Positions 36,776-48,496 of a stretch of DNA of 64,000 nucleotides are shown in pieces; position 1 is the stretch's first letter, and the number at the start of each line of letters is the position of its first letter. Origin of the DNA: Heteronotia binoei (lineage: Eukaryota); contig NC_083234.1 in NCBI RefSeq assembly GCF_032191835.1, forward strand, positions 53,134,001 through 53,198,000, written 5' to 3'. The notes below the pieces were generated by a model. The model was not told where the DNA came from. It saw nothing but the letters and a program-made list of their open reading frames with translations, and did no database searches. Position numbers and translations under genes: made by a program.

Positions 36776-38104
36776 ATGACCGAGAGACCTGATATCCTGC
36801 ATTTCCAGTTTGAAAACTATGGCGACTCAATGCTGCAGAAAATGGACAAACTAAGAGAAGAGAACAAGTTTTGTGACATCACAGTCCGTATAGATGATCT
36901 TGAAATTCATGGTCACAAGATTGTGTTTGCCGCTGGCTCTCCCTTCTTAAGGGACCAGTTCCTGCTAAATGACTCCAGAGAAGTGAAAATTTCCATCCTG
37001 CAGAGTTCTGAAGTAGGAAAGCAGCTGCTCCTGTCCTGCTACAGTGGAATTCTGGAGTTCCCCGAGATGGAGCTGGTGAATTACTTGACAGCTGCCAGCT
37101 TCCTTCAAATGAGCCACATTGTGGAACGCTGCACACAGGCCCTCTGGAAATTCATCAGACCAAAGCAGCAGTTAGAGAAAAAAGAACCAAGTGAGAAACA
37201 AACTGACTCTTCAGAGCCAAAGGGACCACCAGCAGTGGCAGAAGAAGAGGAGGAGGAGGAGGAGGAATCTTTGCAGCCAGATTCCCCATGCATACAGCCC
37301 TCTGAGGACAGCATGGATATGGAGGATAGCGATATACAAATAGTGAAAGTAGAGTCCATTGGAGAGGTTGCAGATGTCAGAAACAAAAAGGATCAGAGCG
37401 CCTTTATTTCTTCAGAGCAGAGTACTCTTCATTCATCTGAGCCGCAGCACTCCCTAATCAATTCCACAGTGGAGAATCGAGCCAATGAAATGGAGCAAAG
37501 CCAGCTGCATAACTATTCCCTCTCATATTCAGGGGGTGATAACCTCTTTGCATTTGGCCCCAGTAATCGAGGAGTAGACAAAGGGCTCCAGTGGCACCAC
37601 CAGTGTCCCAAGTGCACCCGCGTGTTCCGGCACCTGGAGAATTATGCCAATCACTTGAAAATGCACAAGCTATTCATGTGCCTGCTTTGTGGCAAGACTT
37701 TCACGCAGAAAGGCAACCTCCACCGGCACATGCGGGTGCATGCTGGAATCAAGCCCTTCCAGTGCAAGATCTGTGGAAAGACCTTCTCGCAGAAATGCTC
37801 CCTGCAGGATCACCTCAACCTTCACAGTGGGGACAAGCCACATAGGTGCAACTATTGTGACATGGTTTTTGCCCACAAGCCTGTCCTGAGGAAGCACCTC
37901 AAACAGCTCCATGGCAAAAACAGCTTTGACAATGCCAATGAGAGAAATGTCCAAGACATCACTGTTGATTTTGATTCCTTCAGCTGCAGCTCAGCAGTGG
38001 ACTCAAAAACATGCCTGCAAGGTGATGCCAGCCAGGTACTAGATGGGGGAAAGCTGGCCCAGGCAGTACTTAGTTTACGGAGTGATGGTGCTTGTGTAAA
38101 CTAG
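36776..38104 (+). CDS. ZBTB26: Zinc finger and BTB domain-containing protein 26 (442 aa; BTB plus 4 C2H2 fingers)
   Basis: MTERPDILHFQFENYGDSMLQKM...HKIVFAAGSPFLRDQF BTB domain, four C2H2 fingers (HQCPKCTRVF..., FMCLLCGKTF..., FQCKICGKTF..., HRCNYCDMVF...), C-terminus LRSDGACVN. Matches recalled ZBTB26. The ORF-track start 36728 lies in the intron pyrimidine tract, so the ATG at 36776 is preferred. Confidence 0.95.
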   Translation: MTERPDILHFQFENYGDSMLQKMDKLREENKFCDITVRIDDLEIHGHKIVFAAGSPFLRDQFLLNDSREVKISILQSSEVGKQLLLSCYSGILEFPEMELVNYLTAASFLQMSHIVERCTQALWKFIRPKQQLEKKEPSEKQTDSSEPKGPPAVAEEEEEEEEESLQPDSPCIQPSEDSMDMEDSDIQIVKVESIGEVADVRNKKDQSAFISSEQSTLHSSEPQHSLINSTVENRANEMEQSQLHNYSLSYSGGDNLFAFGPSNRGVDKGLQWHHQCPKCTRVFRHLENYANHLKMHKLFMCLLCGKTFTQKGNLHRHMRVHAGIKPFQCKICGKTFSQKCSLQDHLNLHSGDKPHRCNYCDMVFAHKPVLRKHLKQLHGKNSFDNANERNVQDITVDFDSFSCSSAVDSKTCLQGDASQVLDGGKLAQAVLSLRSDGACVN

Positions 38105-40159
38105 AGCAGTCTCTTTTTGAGCAACAAAGTAAGAAGAAATGTCTGGGGTTGTTTTGGACTTTTACTTGACCATCAAAATCCCAAAAGTTCTGTTGAATCA
38201 CTTTTAAGAGCAGGTAGGCATAGGCCCACAATGCAAAAAGGGTGGTTTGTGTTAGTTCGTGGTTCATGTAATCACCCTGAACTAGAGGTTCATTCCGTGA
38301 TTTGTCCAGTTGCCTGAACTGGTTCATAGTTTATTATTTGATTTGGTTTGGGAGGTGCAAAATCCACCAGGAGTCTTCAGCAGGCTCTCCTCCATCCGCC
38401 CTCCAAGTTCGGCGAAGATTGGATTTGGAATGTCCAAATTATAGCTCCCCAAAGCAGGTGCCCCCAGGAAAGCTCAGTTTCAGCTCTCACAATGAAAACT
38501 AACTCTTCTCTCTTTGTGCTGCAGTGCAAAATAAAAGCAGTGGAGTCATGGTGTCTATTCCCATAAGGTAGAATGGGAGGTCCATGGTCGGCTCCCAGAG
38601 CTGCAGCTATGGACAACTGCTATGGTTGTTTCTTGGGGTCCCAGAAGTCCACCCCCAGAGTTGCATAGGAATTGATTGAATCGGCACCAGGCTGTCTGGG
38701 GAAATGAACCGCAAAGACAAATCAAACAAAGCACTAAGGGAAAAAGGGGATTTGTTTTCCAGTTTGGGCATGGTGTGAGTGAACAAATCATGAATTGGCC
38801 CATTTTGAGCACAAATCACAATTCATGGTTCAGTTTGTGCCCATGTCTAGTAGCAGGTCTTCAGCTTCCAACATAGATGTGTTCTATGACTTCAGCTATC
38901 TTTGTTCCTACTGGGAGAATGCCAGTTAGCACAGCCCTGCCTCCATTGATATTTTGAGCACTTATGCTTCAGAGCCTCTCTCCAAATAGTGGTGGTTGGT
39001 TTATGCAGCCAAGGAGCACTTACCTGCTTATAGGCCAAGGGTTGGAAAATGTAGGGAACAGAATTGCACTTCCAGAACTGGGTTTCTAAGCTAAAACAAC
39101 CTTGAGTTCTTGAAGAAGGGGGAAAAAGCACTGGATCATTATAAGCTTGTTGACATTTGTTAGCCAACCATGGGCACTTTTTAAAAAAATGTTTGTTAAA
39201 AGCATCAGGTATTGGCTTTTCTTACCTTACAATGACATCAGCCTCTTATCTAGTTTGACTCCTTAAACTGTCTAAAGGTTCTGTGCTAGGAAGGGAAGCC
39301 AGACAGATTTGGCTGCTGCTGTAGCTAAGAGAAGAATTTTCCTTTTGCTGTAGCACCTAGCCCTTTCCTTTGTGCTCTACTTAAGCACATTTTCCCATTG
39401 GCCCTCTTCTGTCCTCACTCCCTTCCCTTATCTCAGCCTTTGCGGAAAATGTGAAGTTAGACTAGAGAAAAGTTAAAAGCTGCATGCCCCCCTTGTCTGT
39501 CTGTGCCTTCTCCCTATACTGCTTTTTAGGTCTGGGGCAGCCTCCCTCTTTCAGGCCAACAGTCTGCCTCCTCAGTAAAATACCAGATGGTTTTATAGCA
39601 AAGGGTTTTCCCCCCTTAATTAGTCTTCCCTTTACCTGTCCTTTTGTTGTCACTTCAAACTCTCACTGCTTGTGGTTCCTTGGTCCTTGCCCTGTCTCAT
39701 CCTTCAGTAATCTTGATTGTAAGCATTCTGGATTGAGGCCAGGAATCCTCAGTGTTGTGAATGATGTTTGGAATGCTGCTGGCACTCAAGATATAATTAG
39801 AAGTAATATTACGGGGTGGGGGGTGGTGGCATCACCAGGTGAAGCTAAATGTTTCTGATTCATCAAAGTTCTTAAAGATATAGGCACTCCAGGACAGTTA
39901 CAAGGCTGTAACTTATGAATATATTAAAATGTGGGGGATGACAGCCTGAATTGGTGGATGTGTTAGAGAGGACTGGAGATAATAGCATGCCAGTCACAGC
40001 TGATTCATGGCTACCCCATGAAGTTTCTTTCTGTTCCCATCCTCTGGTCCCCAGGCCATTGGGTCTCTCTGGATGCATCTAGACTGAGCCTGGACATGTT
40101 CCTGAGCAGTGCTCTGTGCTCTTGCTATTGTGCACAGAAAGGCAGACGCAGGATGCAGA

Positions 40160-40222
40160 AAAAGAATTCTCTGATATCATTGTCCAATGAGTCATTGGAC
40201 AATGATATCAGAGAATTCTTTT
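40160..40222. repeat. Perfect 63-bp palindrome (31-bp arms, 1-nt centre)
   Basis: aaaagaattctctgatatcattgtccaatga-g-tcattggacaatgatatcagagaattctttt, checked base by base. Confidence 0.97.
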
Positions 40223-42616
40223 ATGAGTGCTCTTGGGGCACATGCAAAAGATGTAACTTGTGCATACAGCTTTTTCCACTAGATTGTCCTGCCTTACGTA
40301 TGCTTCCCTCAGATCGAAAAGCAGTTTCCCTCAGTTTCCAGTAAAACATTGCTTTTGTTTATAACTTTAAAAAATACAACTTGCTACTATGCCAGCTTTA
40401 AAACTTTTTGAGCTTAAAGTGGAAAAAACTTCTCTTTTGCAACAGGGTGTTCTTAGACTGATCTTTTTGTAGCTGTAACACTGCCTATATCTTTCTGCAA
40501 AACCTAATCACATCAGGCAGAAAAACCTTTGTGCTATACACTGGCTGGGATTGGCATGTAGTGCCCACATCTGCTTTACAGCAATCCCCATCCAGACTTC
40601 TGAGAAATAAAAGGCATTAAATGAAAGGAGACCCTCTTACACACATGCATACATCTAAATTTATTTTCCATCCTCTTGCTTTGAATGTCGGTCCCCTCCG
40701 TGTTCTGATGGAAGAGGAAATCTGGGATGTAGGGGGAGTTCAAAAAATTTAGCATTAAATGGAGGTGGGGGTTCAGCCTGCTTCCAGCTAGAGAAACTGA
40801 TTGCTGAGCAGGAACTATTTCATGGCACTGTCCAGTATGCTGGAGGTGGGTGGCACTGTAGGCACCATGGCCCTGTTGAAGGAATCCAATATGGGAAAGG
40901 CTATGCTTGACTTAGGGCCAAATCTTAAAAACTGTTCTTTTTGAGAAACAAGACTTCTAGTTAACAGTCAAGGCTGCTGAGACTGCGTGCTTGAACCGAA
41001 GAGTGCCCAAAGGATCACTCATGATGGTGTGTGTGTGGGTGTGTGCGTGCACAGAAACATCCCATTGACTCAAAATAAAATAGCTATACCATCTTTTAGT
41101 GTGATATGTCACTTTGTGTGGTCTGTGATGCCTGTGCTCTTATTGCAAAGGCTGACTTGAATCATTCAGCAGCTTTAGTGAACAGATTAAGCATAAGACA
41201 ACCAGTGCAGACAGGTGGGCAAGCAAGACTCATACTGGGGAATTCAGCTTGTGCTGAGAGCTCCAACTAACATAGGTTTCAGTTTCATGGAATAATTAGA
41301 GGAGCCATGTCTCAGTGACATAGCACTTTGCATACAGAAGATCCTAAGTTCAGTATTTGCCAGTTAGTTAAGACTCTCAGGCAGCAGGAGTCACCCCGCC
41401 TGACCCCTTGGAGAATCACTGCCAGCCAGACGACTATATCAAGATGAACCAGTGGACTCAGCTAGGATAGAACATCTTCATATATTTAGGTGAAAAGTCA
41501 CTGTTCAGAGCAAGCATGCAGAAGGTTCCAAGTACCCTTTCCAGTTAAAGGCTTTCAAGTGTTGGGGGACACCCTTCTTTTGCCTGAGACTCTGGAAGGC
41601 TGCTGCCAGAGGAAATGTTATTGCATTAGATATGGCCATTGCTCTAAATACAGCAACTTCATATCTTCAGCCAATAGATTGGATGCATTGCATTTATTGT
41701 TATCTAGCCATGTTGGTTATGGTAAGGTTCATAAGGCAGTTCATTGAGAGCGGTTATTCACAATCTTGTTTTTCAGAGAAGGGGCTGAGGCTGAAAATGC
41801 TATGGATGAGGCAGCCTTGAGAGTTTATGGCTGCACTTCAATTCAGACTTGGTTTTTCCAGTCATTCAGTCTGCTAAACTACACAGGATGTCAATATATC
41901 TTGATAATCTGGCCTGAACTGGATGTAACAAAATTCAAGTGGGCTTCACTTTATTTCTCTCTTGCTTCTTAGCCCTTAGTATTTGATTTTTTAGTTTATC
42001 CTTTTGCTTTGTTTTTAAAATTAAGATTTTTCTAAAAAAAGATTCAAGATTCTAATGAGCCAGAAGACCACATGGAACGCTTGGAGGAGACAGGCTCACC
42101 TCTGCTATAGAATAAGTCCATAATGTCTGTCTGCTGTATTTTGATGTCATTGTTTATAGAAATGTTATGCAGTAACAAATCCAAATTAGTTGCACCTCAC
42201 TGTTTTATAAGAGCACATGTGAAGGATAGCACAGGCCCACCTCAAAATTATATACAATATGGGAGGACAACAGGAGGGAAGATTAACTAGCAGTTCACAG
42301 AAGTACCTTTAATGAAGTGTCAGACAAATTAACAGAGTAGTTAAATTAAACTTACATGTTGGAAGGCAGTAAACCACTGCTAGGGCACAAACAACCAGGC
42401 AGGGCTACAGCTCTTATTGTGTGCTTGGCAGTTTCTGGAAAGTTAAAAAGAAACAAAATAAGGACTGCTATATAGAAAGGCAAACAATAATAATATAAAT
42501 AATTACATGACTGAAAAAATGTGTATTCATAAACATTGTAAACAACATATCACAGTGATGGATATATTTATCATTAACGTTGATATTCACTTTTTGTTAC
42601 CTTCTGTTATTTTCTA

Positions 42617-42890
42617 CCCGTGGTGCAGAGTAGTAAGCTGCAGTATTGCAATTCAAGCTCTGCTCACAACCTGAGTTCGATCCTGGTGGAAGCTGGGTTC
42701 AGGGCTCAAGGTTGACTCAGCCTTCCATCCTTCTGAGGTCGGTAAAATTAGTACCCAGCTTGCTGGGGGGAAAGTGTAGATAACTGGGCAAGGCAATGGC
42801 AAACCACTCTGTAAAAAAGTCTGCTGTGAAAACATGTCACCCCAGAGTCGGAAACAACTGGTGCTTGCACAGGGTCTACCTTTACCTTTA
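42617..42890 (+). mobile_element. Full-length Sauria-type SINE
   Basis: ccgtggtgcagagtagtaagctgcag head to ctacctttacctt tail; TSD ttattttctac. Confidence 0.88.
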
Positions 42891-44479
42891 TTATTTTCTA
42901 CATTATTTTGTAATTTTATTGGATGATTATATTCTGCACATATCTATCACTGGGATATTTGTTACACATATGAATTCAAATATTTTAATTAATATAATTA
43001 TATTGTTTGCTATTCTGTTTCAGTATCCTTATTTTTAAACCTTATTTAAATTAGCTGTTCAAAGAACTTCTTTTTGGCTGTTGTTTCTTGATAGTGACTG
43101 GCTGGCAGGCCAGTGTTGGAACTGAGATGTAGTTGAACTAGATCCAGATGGATCTTGATGTAGGGAATAAAAATAGAAATGCATGTTTTTTAATATGGTG
43201 AGGCAGAGGTAAACTATGAGCACATTGGCTGTCCCTAGCAAGGGGTATTGGAATGGTCTCCAGTGTCAGTTACTTGTGAAATATGGTGGGAGACCCACTC
43301 AAGGACCAACCAAAAATATACTGTAATGGATGTAGCCAGATGGAGTGGGTAAAACAACCCCAAGAGGAGAGAATGACAGGGTAGGATGCTGATGACACCT
43401 AAAGGGCAGGTCAGACAAAAACTGCCAGGTTTAGACTCCTCAGGAGTAAAGACTGTCTTGGAAGTAGAGACCTCCTGGGTAGTGAAAGCCTCCTCAGGTG
43501 TAGGCCAAGACAGCCAGGGAGTGAGTGGGCCAGGGAAAGAACGGAGGAAAGACAGCTGAAAAAGTCCAGGCATTCCAGAGGGACCAGTGATGTGATATTT
43601 CTGGCCAGGAGAGCAGCAGGTTACTCTTTGGAGGCCTGGTCACCTTCAAACCTAACTTTGGGATGATATTCAGTGGCTAGGGGCCCCAGTCAAGGAATCC
43701 TAGGCAGGAACCTAGGCCTGGGAGTACAAACAGAGTCTTGATGTAAACAGTTGGGGAAGACAAGGGGATAGGCAGATCTCCAGGCACTAATCAGGTATTT
43801 GAACGAAAGACTCTGTTATTTGGGAAAACAAACAGCAGCCTAACCTATTCCCTGCTGTCAGCATATTACTGAAAAGTCTGGAGACTTACGGAACTCTCAG
43901 ATGGAGAAACAGCCCTTAGCTCTGGGGGCTTAACAGCTTTTCAGAATTCTGTGACAGGGCAAGTACTGGCTGCTGTAAATAATCTTGGTGTCTTCATAGC
44001 CTTGCAGATAATGAGCAGTTAAACCTGTTTCTGGACTATACCACATCTGACTGGGGAGGGGAGCTCATTCCCCCTGTATAGATAACTAGCATGTCAGGAA
44101 GAAGGGTTCTAACCTGGTATATCTTACATACTAGTGTCTAAATACAAGGGTTGGTGGGAAACAGCATTCAGGCATACGTGATCTCTAGTGACACAACCTA
44201 TTGGCTGGTTGCATGAGCTGGGTGTGGTAAAACAAGGGAGATCATATTGAGAGAAAAAATGCAGTGAGGATGGACACACCTTGGAACTAAGTTGGCTCCT
44301 GATGTTTTGGCAGCCCTTCCTCCAGATTTACCCATGTGGTCAAGAGGAACTTGGATGCTAGTCCAGTTTGAGCTGCTATGTCGCTATTCAGGCTTTTTCA
44401 GCAGGCCACATATGGTGTGCTTTCACCCTGAGGAAAACTGTGTCCCACTTCTTAGAAATGTAAAAAATACGGATGTATC

Positions 44480-44590
44480 TGAACAAAGTTTGAGACCAGT
44501 AGCACCTTTAAGACCAACAGCATTTATTCAAGGTATAAACTTTCACGTGCATACACACTTCTTCAGATACAGTGAAACAAGACATCATAG
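44480..44590 (-). mobile_element. Penelope terminal-repeat fragment with hammerhead-like motif
   Basis: Minus strand gtatCTGAAGAagtgtgtatgcacgtGAAAgtttatac...tgttggtcttaaaggtgctactgg. Confidence 0.75.
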
Positions 44591-45310
44591 GGGTATTTTC
44601 TGCACTAGAGCTCAGCCCTGAAAAGATACGAAGGAATGGCTGGGTGCAATTACAAAGAGGCTTGAATTTCTAGAATGCTTCCATGCTGGATCATACATCC
44701 TTTGCTAGTTGAATCAAAGCTGAAAAATACTGTGTTAAGAAATGTCTATTATCTGTGACGGCTTACTATTTTCACACACGAGTCTTCCCAATGTTGCAGT
44801 TATCTGAGGAATGTATACCTGAGGATGTATACCTGATGAATGTATGCCTCAGGATGGCTCAATATGACCAATGTTTAAAGCCTAAATAAAAGGGGAGTAG
44901 TTGGGAAACTGACAGGCTATGGAAGCCCTGAACCTCAGATCTGTTATGTGGGATGTGGTTGTGATGATTTGGTGAGGAAAAAAAGGCACACTGCAGATGT
45001 GTCAATATACTCTTATTTTAAGATGTATCTTTACAGTCTGTAGCTAAAAAGCCCTCCTTTCTTCATTGATATTTGGTCTACTATAAGGAAAACGGATCAG
45101 AACAAGGTAGGTCTATCCAGCACAGTATCCTGGTTCCCTCAGTAGTCAGCTTTCAAAAACTCCTGATAAGGTTTTTGAAGACAAGCCCCATGCCTCTCTC
45201 CCTCAGCAACTAGTGTTCAGAGAGACAATGCTTCTGGAGCTCCTATTTCAATACCACAGCTCAGGAGTATCAAACATGCACTGCCTGATATCTGGCCTAC
45301 GAGCGACTGG

Positions 45311-45780
45311 CTCTCTCCTGCTTCGTCCTCCCAGGCTGCTGCTGCGTCACCAAGCTGTCTTTCCTCCAATGGTTGAGGTCTCCTCTTTCTCTTTTGGGGA
45401 GGAAGAGAGCTAAGAAGGAAAGAGTGCACGCATGTGCGTACCACAGAAAAACTTCCTCAGTCTCTCTTCTCTTGCTTTGTCCTCTGATGCTGCTGAGATG
45501 CCTTTTTCCTCCTTTGCTGCTGCGGAGATTCCTTTTTCCTCCTTTGGAGAGGAAAAGAAAAGGAAAGAGAGAGCATGTGCGTGTACCAGAGAAAAGCTTC
45601 CTCAATCACAATCTCCTGCTTTGTCCTCCAGGGCTGCTGTTGTGTCTCCAAGCTTCCCTCCATTAGCTGAGATCTCCATCTCCTCCTGCTCCACTTCCTT
45701 TGGGGAGAGGAGGAAGGGGGGAGGAATGAGACAGCAAGAGAGAGAAAAGAGATGGAGTCCCTTTACCAATGCTGATATCT
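45311..45780. repeat. Degenerate ~150-bp tandem repeat, about 3 units
   Basis: Recurring ctcctgctt(c/t)gtcctcc..gctgctg, cctttgg(g/a)gagg, gcatgtgcgt..cca.agaaaa.cttcctca blocks. Confidence 0.7.
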
Positions 45781-45855
45781 CCATGTCTGCTGCCCCTGTC
45801 TCCAGTATCTTGTGTTACATTTAATGGCACATATAGCCTGGCCCAACATAGTGAC

Positions 45856-46128
45856 TGTTACGTACTGAATTTAATGTTTTGTGGGAAGCTCCGCACGCAC
45901 CCGGGCAACCGCAGGAAACACTAGAGACTCTTGATTGATTTGAACTCAAAACAGCAACCAATGAGCAGTCTTGGCGCAAAACTTTACTACCATTATTTGG
46001 TATGGGAAATGGGGGTGGGGGGTATTTCGTTTGCATGTATTTAAGCAGGGTCTTGACCCCGCCATATTGCCTTAGCGTGTAGTCTTTAATAAAGCATGCT
46101 CCTGGTTGAACTCCGCTGCTATTTAACA
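45856..46128 (+). mobile_element. Solo LTR, 273 bp
   Basis: TGTTA...TAACA termini, perfect 5-bp TSD GTGAC (45851-55 / 46129-33), CCAAT 45958, TATTTAA ~46038, AATAAA 46088. Confidence 0.88.
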
Positions 46129-46474
46129 GTGACATTTATGTCAGATCCATCCCTTGTAACAAATCAGTTGGACCCCTCTGTGGCTAATAGCCACTAATGG
46201 ATTTGTCAGCCATGAATATGTCTAATCTTCCTTTAAAGCCACTTAAGCCAGTGACCATCATTACACATTGTGGCTACAAGTTCCCTGTCCATTTTCTCCA
46301 CACCACACAGAATGTTATAAACATCTAACATACCCTTCCCATGGACCTACAATTCATGATTTTAAAAACAAAAGCCTCCAAACTAGCATTTCCTTTGTAG
46401 GTCATCTGATTCTTACTTGGAGCCAAGCATGTATATAAGCAAGCAGAGGGAACAGCTGTGTCCTGATGTTTAAT

Positions 46475-46845
46475 AGAGTTGCCAACCTCCAAGTGCCACC
46501 TGGATATAGGGTTGCCAACTGCAGAATGGGAAATTCCTAGAAATTTGGGGGTGGAGCCTAGGGAGGACAGGGATGTCAGTGAGGTACAATGCCAAAGAGT
46601 CCACCCTCCAAAGCACCTATTTTATCCAAGTGAAGTGATCTCTGTATTCTGGAGATGAGCTGTAATTCCAAGGGATGGAGATCTTCCACTACTGCATTTA
46701 ATCACCAGACGATCAAGATCAGTTCCCCTGGAGAAAATGGCTGCTTTGGAGGGTGAATGCTATGACATTATACCCTGCTAAGGTTCCTCCCCTCTAGGCG
46801 TCACTCCCAAAATCTGGTATTGCCCAATCTGGAGCTGTCAACACG
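46475..46845. mobile_element. TAGGGTTGCCAA-terminated DNA-transposon derivative
   Basis: Two tagagttgccaa/tagggttgccaa starts, ttccttggagaaaatggctgctttggaggg-type core, degraded right end. Confidence 0.55.
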
Positions 46846-47039
46846 TTTATTTAGCAGCAAGTACTGTTTCTTTTCACCAGTCTTATTTTCCAGAGTACAC
46901 TGAGGAACTGCAGCCTGCAAGACTTGACTGCAACTCTGTGTAGAGTTCTAGCTTTGCATTTCTGGCTGCTGCAGAAAAGAATCAGTTCTTCCCACCTGAC
47001 TTGAAGATCTGACACTAAGCCATCATATACCTTTCATGT

Positions 47040-47272
47040 ACATTTAGGGGCGGGTGAATTAAGAGAGTTTAGAATCTTGTTATCATCCAGTGTCTCCCCA
47101 TTGGTTGCAAAAGTAGCCAATAAGGAAAGGGCTGCAGGCATTTTTGGTTGCATGTTTTCCGGGTTAAGGGGGAGGTTGCTCGGAGGAGCTCCGGAAGTTT
47201 ATTGCAGGGGTTAAACAGCTGTTCCTGTGTCTGGCGAGAAGTACGGCTGGGTCCTACCATCTGCAGCAACAG
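47040..47272 (+). promoter_or_regulatory. Candidate ZBTB6 promoter and non-coding first exon
   Basis: Local CpG enrichment in non-repetitive sequence, GC box (ggggcgggt ~47047), CCAAT elements (~47100-47120), CCGGAAGT ETS (~47188-95), donor CAG|GTGAGC at 47273. Confidence 0.45.
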
Positions 47273-47386
47273 GTGAGCAATGTGGGGCAAAGAACTGCGG
47301 ACTGCAGGGCAGGGAGGTTGGATAAACTTGCATTTTCTAAAGGAAAGGAAGACGGGTGATTGAATAAATTGGATTCTCCATCCTCA

Positions 47387-48405
47387 GGCTGAATAAAGCC
47401 TGCCCCTGCCTCCCGACTGCTGGCATTCCAAGAAGATCTCCTATCCAAGTACTTGCCAGAGTCGGCCCTGCTTAGCTGCCAAGATTGGGTTTGTTTGGGC
47501 TATCCATGTCAGGGCAATTCTTTAAGTGTATATACAACTGCTGAACAACAAAATACTGCAGCATATGAACAAACCATGAACCACTAAAAAAGGATGGACT
47601 GGCAGTTTCTCAGAGGAGGGTGGCAAAATGCAAAGGGATTTTTTACTACTTTTAATGGCTGGATAGATAAGAGAAAATTTGGCCAAATGCACCTTCTTTC
47701 CCTGCCCAACCAGATTCACTTGCCCAAATCCCCCCCTTTGTACAGTTACAAAATGGAGAGACTGTGCTGAAATGACATTTCTCTTCAGGCTTTCCAAGTA
47801 GTCTGGTCAAAAGGTGGTTAGTTTTGTTATCCTTCAATGTTATGAATTCACAGCTGCAAAGGTTATTCTTATGGTAATTAAGGCAGGTCCAGTGACTATT
47901 ACTGGAGAGCAGTATTGAGTCTTTGAAATTACCAAAATGTTCTACTCTTTGCCCTTCTCTGCTTGGTGATTGTGGGAAGAAGCTCTCCCAAGAAGAAGGG
48001 GGTCAGAAGGGGGGGGGGGGCAGATACCTTGGGGACTCTGAAGTGAACACACACAGGCATGTGGTCTGAAGAGAGGTGACCAGCCAGATGGAGGATAAAG
48101 GTAAAATTGAAATGAACAAGGCTTAAACTACAAACCATGAACCACTAAAAATTTCTCTCTTTAACATCATAGGAATATACTTTAGATCTACAGAAAGAGG
48201 ACTGTATTTGTTTTTTTAAAGGCTCATATGCTGCAGTATTTTGTTGTTCAGCAGTTGTTTATACACTTAAAGAATTGCCCTGACCTGGATAGCCCAAACA
48301 AACCCAATCTTGGCAGCTAAGCAGGGCCGACTCTGGCAAGTACTTGGATAGGAGATCTTCTTGGAATGCCAGCAGTCGGGAGGCAGGGGCAGGCTTTATT
48401 CAGCC
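47387..48405. repeat. 182-bp inverted repeat pair (47387-47568 and 48224-48405), 2 mismatches
   Basis: Manual reverse-complement alignment; the arms include both SINE and unique flank. Confidence 0.95.
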
Positions 48406-48496
48406 AGTTCTCTGAATATCTTCCATGCCCCAGTAGAGGTAAGTCACCAGAAGTCACCATGACTTCCAGGAGCAGACACACAAAAATGCAAAAAGA
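48277..48496 (+). mobile_element. 5S rRNA-derived SINE
   Basis: Same family as 15605; flanking direct repeat aagaatt. Confidence 0.85.

Noticed and set aside
37105-37954. Antisense ORFs over ZBTB26 (and 57244-57669 over ZBTB6)
   Set aside because: Shadow frames of real coding sequence.
43200-45050. Possible retro-pseudogene or hidden ORF
   Set aside because: Multiple stops in all frames; only a faint ADNEQL (YADD-like) similarity near 43990 suggests an old LINE/LTR remnant that I cannot classify.
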